Assembly: GCA_964512315.1 (NCBI GenBank) | Contig: CAZEIK010000002.1 | Location: forward strand, 45,304-109,303 | DNA: 64,000 nt | DNA from: an uncultured Candidatus Saccharibacteria bacterium | GTDB taxonomy: Bacteria; Patescibacteriota; Minisyncoccia; Phycocordibacterales; UBA5272 | Direction of reading: 5' to 3' | In this document: positions 9,481 to 18,271 of the stretch, in pieces | Layout of the letters: each line of letters starts with the position of its first letter | Position numbering within the stretch: position 1 is the first letter of the stretch | Translations under genes and position numbers: made by a program | Notes under the pieces: generated by a model | What the model saw: only the letters and a program-made list of their open reading frames with translations | The model's database searches: none | Told to the model about the DNA's origin: nothing

Positions 9481-11289
9481 ATGGGAATACTTGATTTTAT
9501 TTTAGGCAAAGACACAACGGTAGCAAACACAGCAGCCACTACACCTTCTGCGGAACAAAATACCGGGCCGAGTCTGCAAGATATAGTGGCGCCATCTGCT
9601 CTTAAAATAGAGTCTAAGGATTTTATTCTTGGTGACGTTAAAGGTAGAACATATTTTGTAATGTCTTACCCTAGATATCTAACAGATAATTGGTTGTCGC
9701 CGTTAGTTAATCTAGACAAAGTGTTCGACGTTGGTATACATATATCACCAGTAGATACCGCTGAGGTGATGAAGAAGTTCCAACGTAAAGTGGCTGAGGT
9801 TCAAAGCCAGATAATGATAAGAGAGGAGAAGGGTATGGTTCGTGACCCAATGCTAGAGACTGCTTATGAGGACCTAGAAAGTCTGCGTGACGACCTAATG
9901 CAAGCACAAGAGAAAATGTTCGAGGTGGGGCTATATATAACAATATACGCAAGAGACGACAAAGATCTAGACCGTGTAGAAAAAGAAATAAAATCAATAC
10001 TAGAAAGTAAGTTAATAACCGTTCGTCCTGCATACTTCCAGCAAGGCGAGGGAATACTTACAACAATTCCATTAGGTAAAGATGATTTGAAACAGGTTAC
10101 CAAGCTTAATACTTCACCATTATCTTCTATATTTCCATTTGTTTCTTTTGATCTAACTAGCGATAGAGGTATATTGTACGGCATCAACAGACATAACGGC
10201 TCACTGTTACTGTTCGACAGATTCTCAATGGAGAACTACAACTCTATAATATTTGCCAAGTCTGGTGCCGGAAAGTCTTTTGCGACAAAGCTAGAAATAT
10301 TGCGCACATTAATGTTCGACACCCAGGTTATTATTATAGACCCTGAGCGTGAGTACGAGACATTGACTGATGCAGTTGGTGGCAGATACTTTAACATATC
10401 ACTAACCAGTGATAATCACATTAATCCTTTTGACCTGCCGATCCCAGCAGAAGATGAGAGTATGAGCGAGGTTCTGCGCAGCAACATTGTAACGCTGGTT
10501 GGGTTGTTCCGTGTTATGTTTGGAGGACTTACCCCCGAAGAAGACGCAATCATAGACCGCGCCATAACTGAGACGTACGCCCTCAAAGACATCACACCTG
10601 ATGCGGACTTCACCAAGCTAGACCCACCACTTCTTTCTGACTTTGAAATGGTTTTGGGCGGTCTCGATGGCAGTGAGTCGTTAATAGAAAGACTTCAAAA
10701 ATACACCAAAGGCTCTTGGGCTGGATTCCTTAATAACCCAACAAATGTAAATATAGACCAGAAATGTGTCTCTTTCTCGATACGCGACATGGAAGACGAA
10801 CTCAAGCCGGTGGCAATGTTTCTTGTTACTCATTACATTTGGAACTCTGTAAGAAAAGAGTTACGTAAGAGGCTTCTAGTTGTGGACGAGGCGTGGATAA
10901 TGATGAAGTCTGAAGATACAGCAAGCTTCTTGTATGGTCTTGCAAAGCGTGGTCGTAAATATTACTTGGGGTTAGCAACAATAACACAAGACGTGAACGA
11001 CTTCCTTAAGAGTGAGTATGGAGTGCCGATCATCACCAACTCATCTCTTCAGCTTCTTTTGAAGCAGTCTCCAACTTCTATAGATTTGATACAGAAGACT
11101 TTTAACCTTACAGACGAAGAGAAATTCTTACTCCTTGAGTCTAATGTGGGCGAGGGTATATTCTTTGCTGGACTCAAGCATGTGGCTGTAAAGATTATCG
11201 CCAGCCACACCGAAGAGCAAATAGTAACTAGTGACCCTTCTGAAATACTTCGTGTCAAGGAGTTAAAGCAAGGCTTAACCAACTTATAA
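9481..11289 (+). CDS. VirB4/TraE/PrgJ-like T4SS ATPase
   Basis: Walker A IIFAKSGAGKSFATK and Walker B LLVVDEAWIMM, with a following GLATITQD motif. 602 aa. Confidence 0.85.
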   Translation: MGILDFILGKDTTVANTAATTPSAEQNTGPSLQDIVAPSALKIESKDFILGDVKGRTYFVMSYPRYLTDNWLSPLVNLDKVFDVGIHISPVDTAEVMKKFQRKVAEVQSQIMIREEKGMVRDPMLETAYEDLESLRDDLMQAQEKMFEVGLYITIYARDDKDLDRVEKEIKSILESKLITVRPAYFQQGEGILTTIPLGKDDLKQVTKLNTSPLSSIFPFVSFDLTSDRGILYGINRHNGSLLLFDRFSMENYNSIIFAKSGAGKSFATKLEILRTLMFDTQVIIIDPEREYETLTDAVGGRYFNISLTSDNHINPFDLPIPAEDESMSEVLRSNIVTLVGLFRVMFGGLTPEEDAIIDRAITETYALKDITPDADFTKLDPPLLSDFEMVLGGLDGSESLIERLQKYTKGSWAGFLNNPTNVNIDQKCVSFSIRDMEDELKPVAMFLVTHYIWNSVRKELRKRLLVVDEAWIMMKSEDTASFLYGLAKRGRKYYLGLATITQDVNDFLKSEYGVPIITNSSLQLLLKQSPTSIDLIQKTFNLTDEEKFLLLESNVGEGIFFAGLKHVAVKIIASHTEEQIVTSDPSEILRVKELKQGLTNL

Positions 11290-11290
11290 A

Positions 11291-12262
11291 ATGAAACCTT
11301 TAATATTAATCTTTAGTTTAGTTCTTAGTCTGCAAGCAGTTATGGCCCAGAACCTTCTACCTGACCCTATTACCATAAGTACCAACCCAGAAGCGCCAGC
11401 ACCAGGGCAGAGTGTAACAGTCTCAGCACAAAGCCTAACAGCAGACCTGAACAAGTCCGACATATCATGGAGCGTGAATGGAAGATTTGCTTCTTCTGGT
11501 TTTGGTTTAAAAAGTTTAAATCTAAATCTGCCTTTCGGTAACCAGGCAATATTAATAGAGGTTACAGTCAAGTCGACAACAGGCGAAACATTTTACGCAA
11601 AGAAAACAATTAGCCCAAAGAGATTAATTTTAATTACAGAGGCGGTGGATAGTTATGTTCCCTATTGGTACGGAGGTAAGGCTGAAGTTGCAAATGCTGG
11701 TAGATTTAGAGTTTATGCTTATGCTGAGATATATTCAGGTAGCAAAAGACTTCAACCTTCTGAGCTGCTTTACAAATGGTCAGTAAGGGACGAGCCATTG
11801 GGTGACTCTTCTGGTGTGGGGCGTGACACATTAACTTACAAATTATTAGATGAGTACGGGGACGACGTGCCAGTCTCAGTAACAGTTTCTCCTGTTAGCA
11901 GTGATGAAGAGGTAACGGAAACAACCAACATAAAGCCTAAAAATCCTGAGCTTCTAGCTTACTTGGGGAATGAGTATGGTGATGTTTCAAATTTAAATAC
12001 AATTAAAAATAACCAGACTATTAAAAATAAAACATTTTCTGTTGTTTTGGAGCCTTTCTTTTTTTCAACAGACTCATATAAACAAAAAAACTTAGAATAC
12101 TCTTGGTATGTTAATAACAATCCAGACACCGGTAGCTCTAATTATGTAAAGCTCTTCCGCCTAGCAGAAAATGCTACTGGTACAGCAATAATTGATGTTT
12201 CAGTTAAGCATTTAACTAGACTATTCCAAGAAGCTAAAAATAGAATTAGTATAAATTTCTAA
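11291..12262 (+). CDS. secreted hypothetical protein (T4SS-associated)
   Basis: Signal peptide MKPLILIFSLVLSLQAVMAQ. 323 aa, beta-rich composition. Confidence 0.5.
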   Translation: MKPLILIFSLVLSLQAVMAQNLLPDPITISTNPEAPAPGQSVTVSAQSLTADLNKSDISWSVNGRFASSGFGLKSLNLNLPFGNQAILIEVTVKSTTGETFYAKKTISPKRLILITEAVDSYVPYWYGGKAEVANAGRFRVYAYAEIYSGSKRLQPSELLYKWSVRDEPLGDSSGVGRDTLTYKLLDEYGDDVPVSVTVSPVSSDEEVTETTNIKPKNPELLAYLGNEYGDVSNLNTIKNNQTIKNKTFSVVLEPFFFSTDSYKQKNLEYSWYVNNNPDTGSSNYVKLFRLAENATGTAIIDVSVKHLTRLFQEAKNRISINF

Positions 12263-12290
12263 AAAATATTTGTGTTAAACTTTACTTAAC

Positions 12291-13142
12291 ATGAATGGAC
12301 AGAATCCTGTTGAATACGATCTTCTTGAACCCCTAACCGGCCTTACTGATGAGGAGGGGTTAACTTCTGTGCCTGTTTCTCCAGAAGGGATATCTGACTA
12401 CTTTAATCAGACTTATAACTTTCTATTAATACTTATTGCTATTACGGCTGTTTTTTATCTTATATATGGCGGCATGGTATACCTAACAACCGACATAGCC
12501 AACAAACAAAAACAAGGTAAAGAGATAATCATTCGTGTCATAACTGGCTTAATTTTTGTTTTTACTGTGTGGATAATACTTAACTCTATTAACCCCGCGA
12601 TACTTAATAACAAGCTAACGTTTGCCATTCTTGATTCTACTACAAACAACCCTGGTCCAAGTAATCCTCCCAACAATCCACCTAACAACCCTCCACCCAA
12701 CACAACAGGTGAGCAGTGTACCACAATACCAGAGTCTGACTTAGTTGTTGTGCAACCTTCCAGAAAACTAAAAACTGCTGCTGCCGACAAGTTTAACCAA
12801 ATGTACATGGCGGCACAAAAAGATGGCATCAACCTTAAACTAACATCTGCATATAGAAGTCCTGCTGACCAGTTACGTATCTGGAACGAGAATGGTTGCA
12901 AACTAGTAAACAGTAAAGCTGTTTGTTTTGGTGGCAAAAGCGTTGCTGTTCCTTGTCAGCTTGGCGGTAACGGGTCTAACCACTCTACTGGTTATGCGGT
13001 GGATATTAATGTGGGTTGTATTAATGGTCAGTCTAACTGTAACACTAAGACCTATCAGTGGCTAAAGTCTAATGGTAGTAAGTATAATTTTAACAATAAC
13101 CTGCCTAGCGATCCTGTGCACTGGTCGCCTTCTGGAAGATAA
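12291..13142 (+). CDS. membrane-tethered peptidase M15 (VanY/LAS-type D-Ala-D-Ala carboxypeptidase-like) cell-wall hydrolase
   Basis: Two N-terminal hydrophobic helices, then a Pro/Asn linker (PSNPPNNPPNNPPPN). C-terminal domain carries SAYRSPADQ, HSTGYAVDI (HxxGxAxD) and a distal DPVHW histidine, which are the LAS/M15 zinc-peptidase signatures. Confidence 0.65.
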   Translation: MNGQNPVEYDLLEPLTGLTDEEGLTSVPVSPEGISDYFNQTYNFLLILIAITAVFYLIYGGMVYLTTDIANKQKQGKEIIIRVITGLIFVFTVWIILNSINPAILNNKLTFAILDSTTNNPGPSNPPNNPPNNPPPNTTGEQCTTIPESDLVVVQPSRKLKTAAADKFNQMYMAAQKDGINLKLTSAYRSPADQLRIWNENGCKLVNSKAVCFGGKSVAVPCQLGGNGSNHSTGYAVDINVGCINGQSNCNTKTYQWLKSNGSKYNFNNNLPSDPVHWSPSGR

Positions 13143-13143
13143 T

Positions 13144-14208
13144 ATGCAAAATGACAACTTAAAAAAGAAAATATTAATTAGTGGTGGAGTGTTTATTGTT
13201 TTTATAATAATTTTTTCTTTATATTTAATATTTAAGGGCGGTGATACCGTGCAAACAACACAAAATAATGACAATAAAATTAACTTCCCAAGCTTATCTT
13301 TTGGTAACAAATTATTGTTAGATAATTCTGATTCTGAGGAGTCAAACAACTTAGAGACCTCAAATGAACTTAAAGATATTTATCTGGTGTGGGCAGGGCA
13401 GACAATAGGAGCTGCGTCTCTTGATGATGGTTCTGTGGCTTTTGTAGACAAAGCTTCTGGTGAGTTAAGAAAGTCTTCTGGACCTAACTACGAAGACACA
13501 AGCTTAATAACAACATTAAGACCGAATTGTTTCTCAGCTAAAATTTCCAACCCAGGATCTGTGGCGCTAATCCTTTGTGAAGATGGACTATATCTTTGGT
13601 CTAACTCTAGATTAAGCATTCTTAATCAGAACGCCTTTGATTATGAATTTATTAAAGGGTCTAATGATTTTGTTTTCTTTGTGAGAAGCTCATATGGAAC
13701 AGAAATATATCTTTCTAAACAAAACAAAATAACTAAGCTTTACACTTTACCGCTATTCGAAATAACAACGTTGGGGGCAGATGTTGATTATATTTACATT
13801 TCTGAAAAGCCTGCAGCAAGTCAAAATCTATTTGTTTACTCTTTTAAGAATAAGGATTTATATTTCATTAGGGACCTAAATTCTCAAGGTTTTGGTTTGT
13901 ATCAGAAGGGTTACGTTAAGGAGAAGTGTGCCAACTTTAACGAAAGCAGTAATTTGTGTTTCTTTAACTCACCAGAAAGTTTTAACTCTACAGCTTGGAG
14001 AAAGGGGGTGTTCTCGTCTAAAGACTCTGTATATTTCTACTCACTTGTAGATCAGAAATATACACTTAACACCAACTTATCTAAAGTTATAGACGCTGTA
14101 TCTGTTAACTATAATTCTAATGGTGGAATTGTTGACGTGATAGATAAGAACACTTTAAATCTTTTTGTTATAAAATCTGACGAATTGTTACAGGAGCACG
14201 AGCAATAA
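13144..14208 (+). CDS. membrane-anchored hypothetical protein (last gene of the T4SS-like cluster)
   Basis: ORF track starts at 13072 and overlaps the previous gene. The internal ATG at 13144 directly follows the upstream stop and is followed by a TM helix (ILISGGVFIVFIIIFSLYLIF). 355 aa from that start. Confidence 0.45.
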   Translation: MQNDNLKKKILISGGVFIVFIIIFSLYLIFKGGDTVQTTQNNDNKINFPSLSFGNKLLLDNSDSEESNNLETSNELKDIYLVWAGQTIGAASLDDGSVAFVDKASGELRKSSGPNYEDTSLITTLRPNCFSAKISNPGSVALILCEDGLYLWSNSRLSILNQNAFDYEFIKGSNDFVFFVRSSYGTEIYLSKQNKITKLYTLPLFEITTLGADVDYIYISEKPAASQNLFVYSFKNKDLYFIRDLNSQGFGLYQKGYVKEKCANFNESSNLCFFNSPESFNSTAWRKGVFSSKDSVYFYSLVDQKYTLNTNLSKVIDAVSVNYNSNGGIVDVIDKNTLNLFVIKSDELLQEHEQ

Positions 14209-14213
14209 AAAAA

Positions 14214-14873
14214 CTAACTGCTGTGTACTAACTTTCGTATTATTAAGCTTTGGAATATTCCAAATATATTAGCGATTACGAAATATAAGGTCAGTCCTGC
14301 TGGCAGGAAAATACTGGATATTAATATAAGTAGGGGCATCATATATTTCATCTGTATAGACATCATTTTGGCGAACTCTTTCTGAAAGCCATCCTTCATC
14401 TCTTCTGTCTTCATGTCTTTGGTGCTAACCTGCATCAAAATAAACATAGAAACAAAAGCAAGCCCGGCCAGAATCAGGCTTCTGTGTGATATATCTATAT
14501 AAGAGAACATTAATTGGCTACCAGCCAAATGTATCTCATTTTTGATAATTATGTACAAACCAAAAACAATTGGTATCTGAATAAACAGATTCAAAATAGA
14601 AGAGAAAGGTTTGATTCCGTTTTCTTTATACAAATTAGAAAGTTCTCTTCCTAGGTCTTGTGGGCTGTTTTTATGTTTCTCTCTTAATTTTTCAACTTCC
14701 GACTGAACCAGCTTCATACCTTTTGTGGTTTTTGCTGCCGAAAGGTTGAGCGGGAAAAGTAAAATCTTAACAAAAACCGTAAACATTACTATAGCGAGTC
14801 CAACATCCCCAGAAATTGATAGGAAAAAGTGTAAGGCGCTTGATAGGGGGGTTATTACTAAACTGTTCCACAT
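14214..14873 (-). CDS. yidC: membrane protein insertase YidC (short Gram-positive/CPR form)
   Basis: 219 aa. Lies directly downstream of rnpA in the conserved rpmH-rnpA-yidC arrangement. Confidence 0.85.
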   Translation of the reverse strand: MWNSLVITPLSSALHFFLSISGDVGLAIVMFTVFVKILLFPLNLSAAKTTKGMKLVQSEVEKLREKHKNSPQDLGRELSNLYKENGIKPFSSILNLFIQIPIVFGLYIIIKNEIHLAGSQLMFSYIDISHRSLILAGLAFVSMFILMQVSTKDMKTEEMKDGFQKEFAKMMSIQMKYMMPLLILISSIFLPAGLTLYFVIANIFGIFQSLIIRKLVHSS

Positions 14874-15163
14874 ATATCTTTTTTAATTTCTTTGTATTTA
14901 GGTATTTTTGATAAAGCTTTTTTAGTGTAGATAAAGAATGTTTTGTTTTCTTTTTCTAGAAACTGCCTATAAGCATAACATAGTCTTCTTTTTAAAAGAT
15001 GTCTCTGATTTGCTTTTTTAATGTGTTTCTTGGATATTATTACAACCAAACCCTTTTTTTCTTTATTTTCTTTAATGTTAAAAAGATCAGAGTTTTTATC
15101 TGATCTTTTTAATTCAATACTGTCTATCTGTTTCTTTGTAAGGCGGTTTTGCCTGTTTAACAT
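14858..15163 (-). CDS. rnpA: ribonuclease P protein component
   Basis: 101-aa basic protein (NRLTKKQ...). Between rpmH and yidC in the conserved order. Confidence 0.75.
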   Translation of the reverse strand: MLNRQNRLTKKQIDSIELKRSDKNSDLFNIKENKEKKGLVVIISKKHIKKANQRHLLKRRLCYAYRQFLEKENKTFFIYTKKALSKIPKYKEIKKDICGTV

Positions 15164-15169
15164 ATATAA

Positions 15170-15307
15170 CTAATCTGCTGATAGTTTCTTGCGGCCCTTT
15201 TGTCTTCTAGCAGAAATAACCTTTTTTCCTGTAGCAGAGGCCATTCTAACCAGAAATCCGTGTGTTGTGTATCTCTTTTTGTTTTTTGGGTTATAAGTTA
15301 CTGACAT
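15170..15307 (-). CDS. rpmH: 50S ribosomal protein L34
   Basis: Not in the ORF track (under 60 aa). Minus-strand translation is [45 protein letters not shown], the L34 signature. Sits upstream of rnpA. Confidence 0.8.
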   Translation of the reverse strand: MSVTYNPKNKKRYTTHGFLVRMASATGKKVISARRQKGRKKLSAD

Positions 15308-15386
15308 AGGGGGTATTCTATAACAATTAAAAGATTTTGACAAGGTACACTTTCTTCAAAATAAAGCGTATACTCTAACTCACGAT

Positions 15387-16724
15387 ATGGACTACGAACA
15401 GCTTTGGAATACGGTATTGTCTCAAATTGGTTTAGAAGTTTCTCGGGTTAACTTCAACACTTGGTTCAAAAATTCAAGAATGGTTGATTATAAAGACGGC
15501 GACGTAACAGTTGGTGTGCCCAATCAATTCATAAAAGACTGGTTGGAGCAAAAATACCATAAAGACATTTTAAGAATACTGCGATCTGTTCATGAGGGGG
15601 TTAGGTCTTTATCTTTTTCTGTTGTAAGATTTGACGTTCCTCCTAAAAAAACTCAAGTAATACAAACAAATAACGGCTCTTTACCTCTAGATAACCTTTA
15701 TATAAATAGAGAAGATGGGCTTAATCCTAAATACACGTTTGATAGTTATATTGTAGGGCCATTTAACGAAATAGCTTATGTTTCTGCGCAAGCAATAATA
15801 CAAAATCCAGGTCTTTCTTATAATCCTTTCTTTGTTTATGGTAATACAGGCCTAGGCAAAACACACCTTCTACAGGCTGTAGGTAATGCTGTTAAGAAAA
15901 AATACCCCGAAAAAAAGGTTTTTTATATCTCTTTGGAGCGTTTTTATATGGAGTATGTGAACGCCCTTAATCAAAGCCGTGTTCCAAATTTCAAAGAAAA
16001 ATATAGAAAATTTGATGTTTTTATAATGGACGACATACAATTCATAACAGGTAAAGAGAAAACTCAGGATGAATTGTTCCACCTATTCAATATAATGTAC
16101 GAAACCAATCGTCAGATCATCTTTTCTTCAGATGTTCACCCTAATTTTATTATTGGTTTGGAGGAGAGGCTGCGCTCTCGTTTTAATCAAGGTATGGTTG
16201 TTGATGTTGAAGCTCCAACATTTGAATCGCGTCTTGCTATCTTGCAAAAAAAGGCGAAAGATCATTCTGATAAACTATCTCCTGAGGTTTTGGAGTTTAT
16301 AGCTGAGAGCGTCCATGGAAACATTAGAGAGCTTGAAGGCATTCTAACCAATCTTATAACTCAATGTGAGATCAAAAAGACTGTTTTAACCCTTATTGAC
16401 GTTAAAAGTTATTTAAAAAATAACATAAAAGCTAAAAAATCTGTATCTATACCAGAAATAGTAAAGACTGTCGCTGATTATTATCATGTTAATGATTCGC
16501 TTATATATAACAAAACAAGAAGAAAAGATATTATCAAGCCTCGCCAAATAATAATGTATATATTAAGAGAGGAGTATGATATATCTTATCCGGTGATTGG
16601 GGATAAGTTGGGTGGAAGGGATCATACCACTGTTATTCACTCTTATGAAAAAATAAAAAGAGAGCTTGAAAAAGACCCTCATTTAGCAAAAGAGATTGAC
16701 GACATACGCTCTATTATTGTTTAG
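15387..16724 (+). CDS. dnaA: chromosomal replication initiator DnaA
   Basis: AAA+ Walker A GNTGLGKTHLLQAVGN. Box VII/VIII and C-terminal helix-turn-helix (IIMYILREE...IGDKLGGRDHTTVIH). Confidence 0.95.
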   Translation: MDYEQLWNTVLSQIGLEVSRVNFNTWFKNSRMVDYKDGDVTVGVPNQFIKDWLEQKYHKDILRILRSVHEGVRSLSFSVVRFDVPPKKTQVIQTNNGSLPLDNLYINREDGLNPKYTFDSYIVGPFNEIAYVSAQAIIQNPGLSYNPFFVYGNTGLGKTHLLQAVGNAVKKKYPEKKVFYISLERFYMEYVNALNQSRVPNFKEKYRKFDVFIMDDIQFITGKEKTQDELFHLFNIMYETNRQIIFSSDVHPNFIIGLEERLRSRFNQGMVVDVEAPTFESRLAILQKKAKDHSDKLSPEVLEFIAESVHGNIRELEGILTNLITQCEIKKTVLTLIDVKSYLKNNIKAKKSVSIPEIVKTVADYYHVNDSLIYNKTRRKDIIKPRQIIMYILREEYDISYPVIGDKLGGRDHTTVIHSYEKIKRELEKDPHLAKEIDDIRSIIV

Positions 16725-16946
16725 TATTTTTTGTGTGTAAGTTGTGTATAACTTATCAAAGTTTTACAGAATTTAATTTGTATTGTTTTATTGATGTTAT
16801 TTATTTATATCTTTTCTTTATGTTTTTTGTTTTAAAAACCAAGATAAGTATTGATTTATAAGGTTTTAAAAGTTTTAAACCTAATCAACATATATATCTT
16901 TAATGTGAATTTTGTTTTTACTTATTAAAAGATTATAATTAACTAC
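16725..16946. promoter_or_regulatory. candidate oriC/DNA-unwinding region in the dnaA-dnaN spacer
   Basis: 222-nt strongly AT-rich spacer. Degenerate DnaA boxes TGTGTGTAA (16733-16741), TGTGTATAA (16743-16751) and TTATCAAA (16753-16760) versus consensus TGTGGATAA/TTATCCACA, then AT tracts. Confidence 0.45.
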
Positions 16947-18050
16947 ATGAAGTTCACCTGCCAAGCAAAAGACTTAAAAGATAAAATACAAAACCTTGCC
17001 AGAATATCGCTTAAGACAGGGCTAGATCCTATATTTGAATGTATTTATTTAGAAAATGAAGATCATAACCTAACATTAAGATCGGCTAATACTGAGATAA
17101 TTGCTGAGCAGAATATGCCGGTTAAAGCTGAAATAAATGGGTTATGTCTTGTGAATGCAGCACTTTTATCAAAAGTTCTATCTAATATATCAAAAAGCTC
17201 AGACATAGTAACTTTTGAGAGGGTTGATAATGTTTTAGTTATACAAAACGAGAACAATAGAACAGAAATTGATCTCTACAACGAATCAATGTTCCCTAAA
17301 ATACAAAATGGCGGGGAGAAAATGTTCTCAATAAACAGGGTTAAGTTTTTAGATTTGATAAAAAGTGTAGCTTTTTGTGCCGCTACAACAGAAATAAAAC
17401 CAGAAATAGCTAGTATTTATTTATATAATAAAGATAACAACCTATACGCCGTAGCAACAGACTCATATAGACTATCTGAGAATTGTATACCTTTTGAAGA
17501 AGAGTCTCAGATAAGCTTATTAATACCTCAGAAAAATATTAATCAAATCTTAGCGATATTAGGAGATGAAGAGAGTGAAACAATAGACGTTATAAAACAT
17601 AATGAGCTTATATTATTTGAAACAAAAACAAGTTTTGTGTCAACAAGATTAACTAACGGATCTTTTCCAGACTATAAACAACTTTTCCCTAAAGAATTCT
17701 TATTTAATTTCTCCGTCAGAAAAGAAGTTCTACAAAATGCTTTAGAATTATCTTCGATTATTACAAATCAAACCCCTATTTGTTCTTTTGAGTATAATAA
17801 AGACAAACAGACTATTAAAATATCCTCAGAGGAAAAAGGTGTTGGTCAAATGAGCAAAGAGATAACAGTAAAGTCAGAAAATCTTGAAGATATAAAGGTT
17901 TTTTATAACAGCAACTACTTCCTAGAGGGGCTATCTAAATTAAATGGTGATAATGTAACCCTGTCGTACACCACAACAAACAGGCCTGTATTTATCAAAT
18001 CAGAACAAAATACTAATTTTACGTATCTTTTAATGCCCATAAATAGATAA
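16947..18050 (+). CDS. dnaN: DNA polymerase III beta sliding clamp
   Basis: 367 aa immediately after dnaA. Confidence 0.85.
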   Translation: MKFTCQAKDLKDKIQNLARISLKTGLDPIFECIYLENEDHNLTLRSANTEIIAEQNMPVKAEINGLCLVNAALLSKVLSNISKSSDIVTFERVDNVLVIQNENNRTEIDLYNESMFPKIQNGGEKMFSINRVKFLDLIKSVAFCAATTEIKPEIASIYLYNKDNNLYAVATDSYRLSENCIPFEEESQISLLIPQKNINQILAILGDEESETIDVIKHNELILFETKTSFVSTRLTNGSFPDYKQLFPKEFLFNFSVRKEVLQNALELSSIITNQTPICSFEYNKDKQTIKISSEEKGVGQMSKEITVKSENLEDIKVFYNSNYFLEGLSKLNGDNVTLSYTTTNRPVFIKSEQNTNFTYLLMPINR

Positions 18051-18271
18051 TGTTTGAAAAATATCTTAATCTAATAAAATCTCACACAGACAATAAGAAT
18101 AAAATAAAACTCTTTCTAGATGAAAAAGGGTTAAGTAAAATTGATTTTAATATAGATGGAAATGAGGTGTTTTTTAATATACCATCAGCTTTTAAGTTAA
18201 GAATACATCAAAAAAGGTTAGAAATTATCAACTTTTTAAAAACGCTTAATCTAAAATCTAAAAACCTATAG
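18050..18271 (+). CDS. small hypothetical protein (resembles DUF721-type proteins often found next to dnaN)
   Basis: 73-aa ORF overlapping the dnaN stop. Basic C-terminus. Tentative resemblance only. Confidence 0.3.
   Translation: MFEKYLNLIKSHTDNKNKIKLFLDEKGLSKIDFNIDGNEVFFNIPSAFKLRIHQKRLEIINFLKTLNLKSKNL

Noticed and set aside
15308-15386. Sigma70 promoter for dnaA (TTGACA at 15338 ... TATACT at 15370)
   Set aside because: The spacer between the two hexamers is about 26 nt, too long for a functional pair. They are probably unrelated hexamers.
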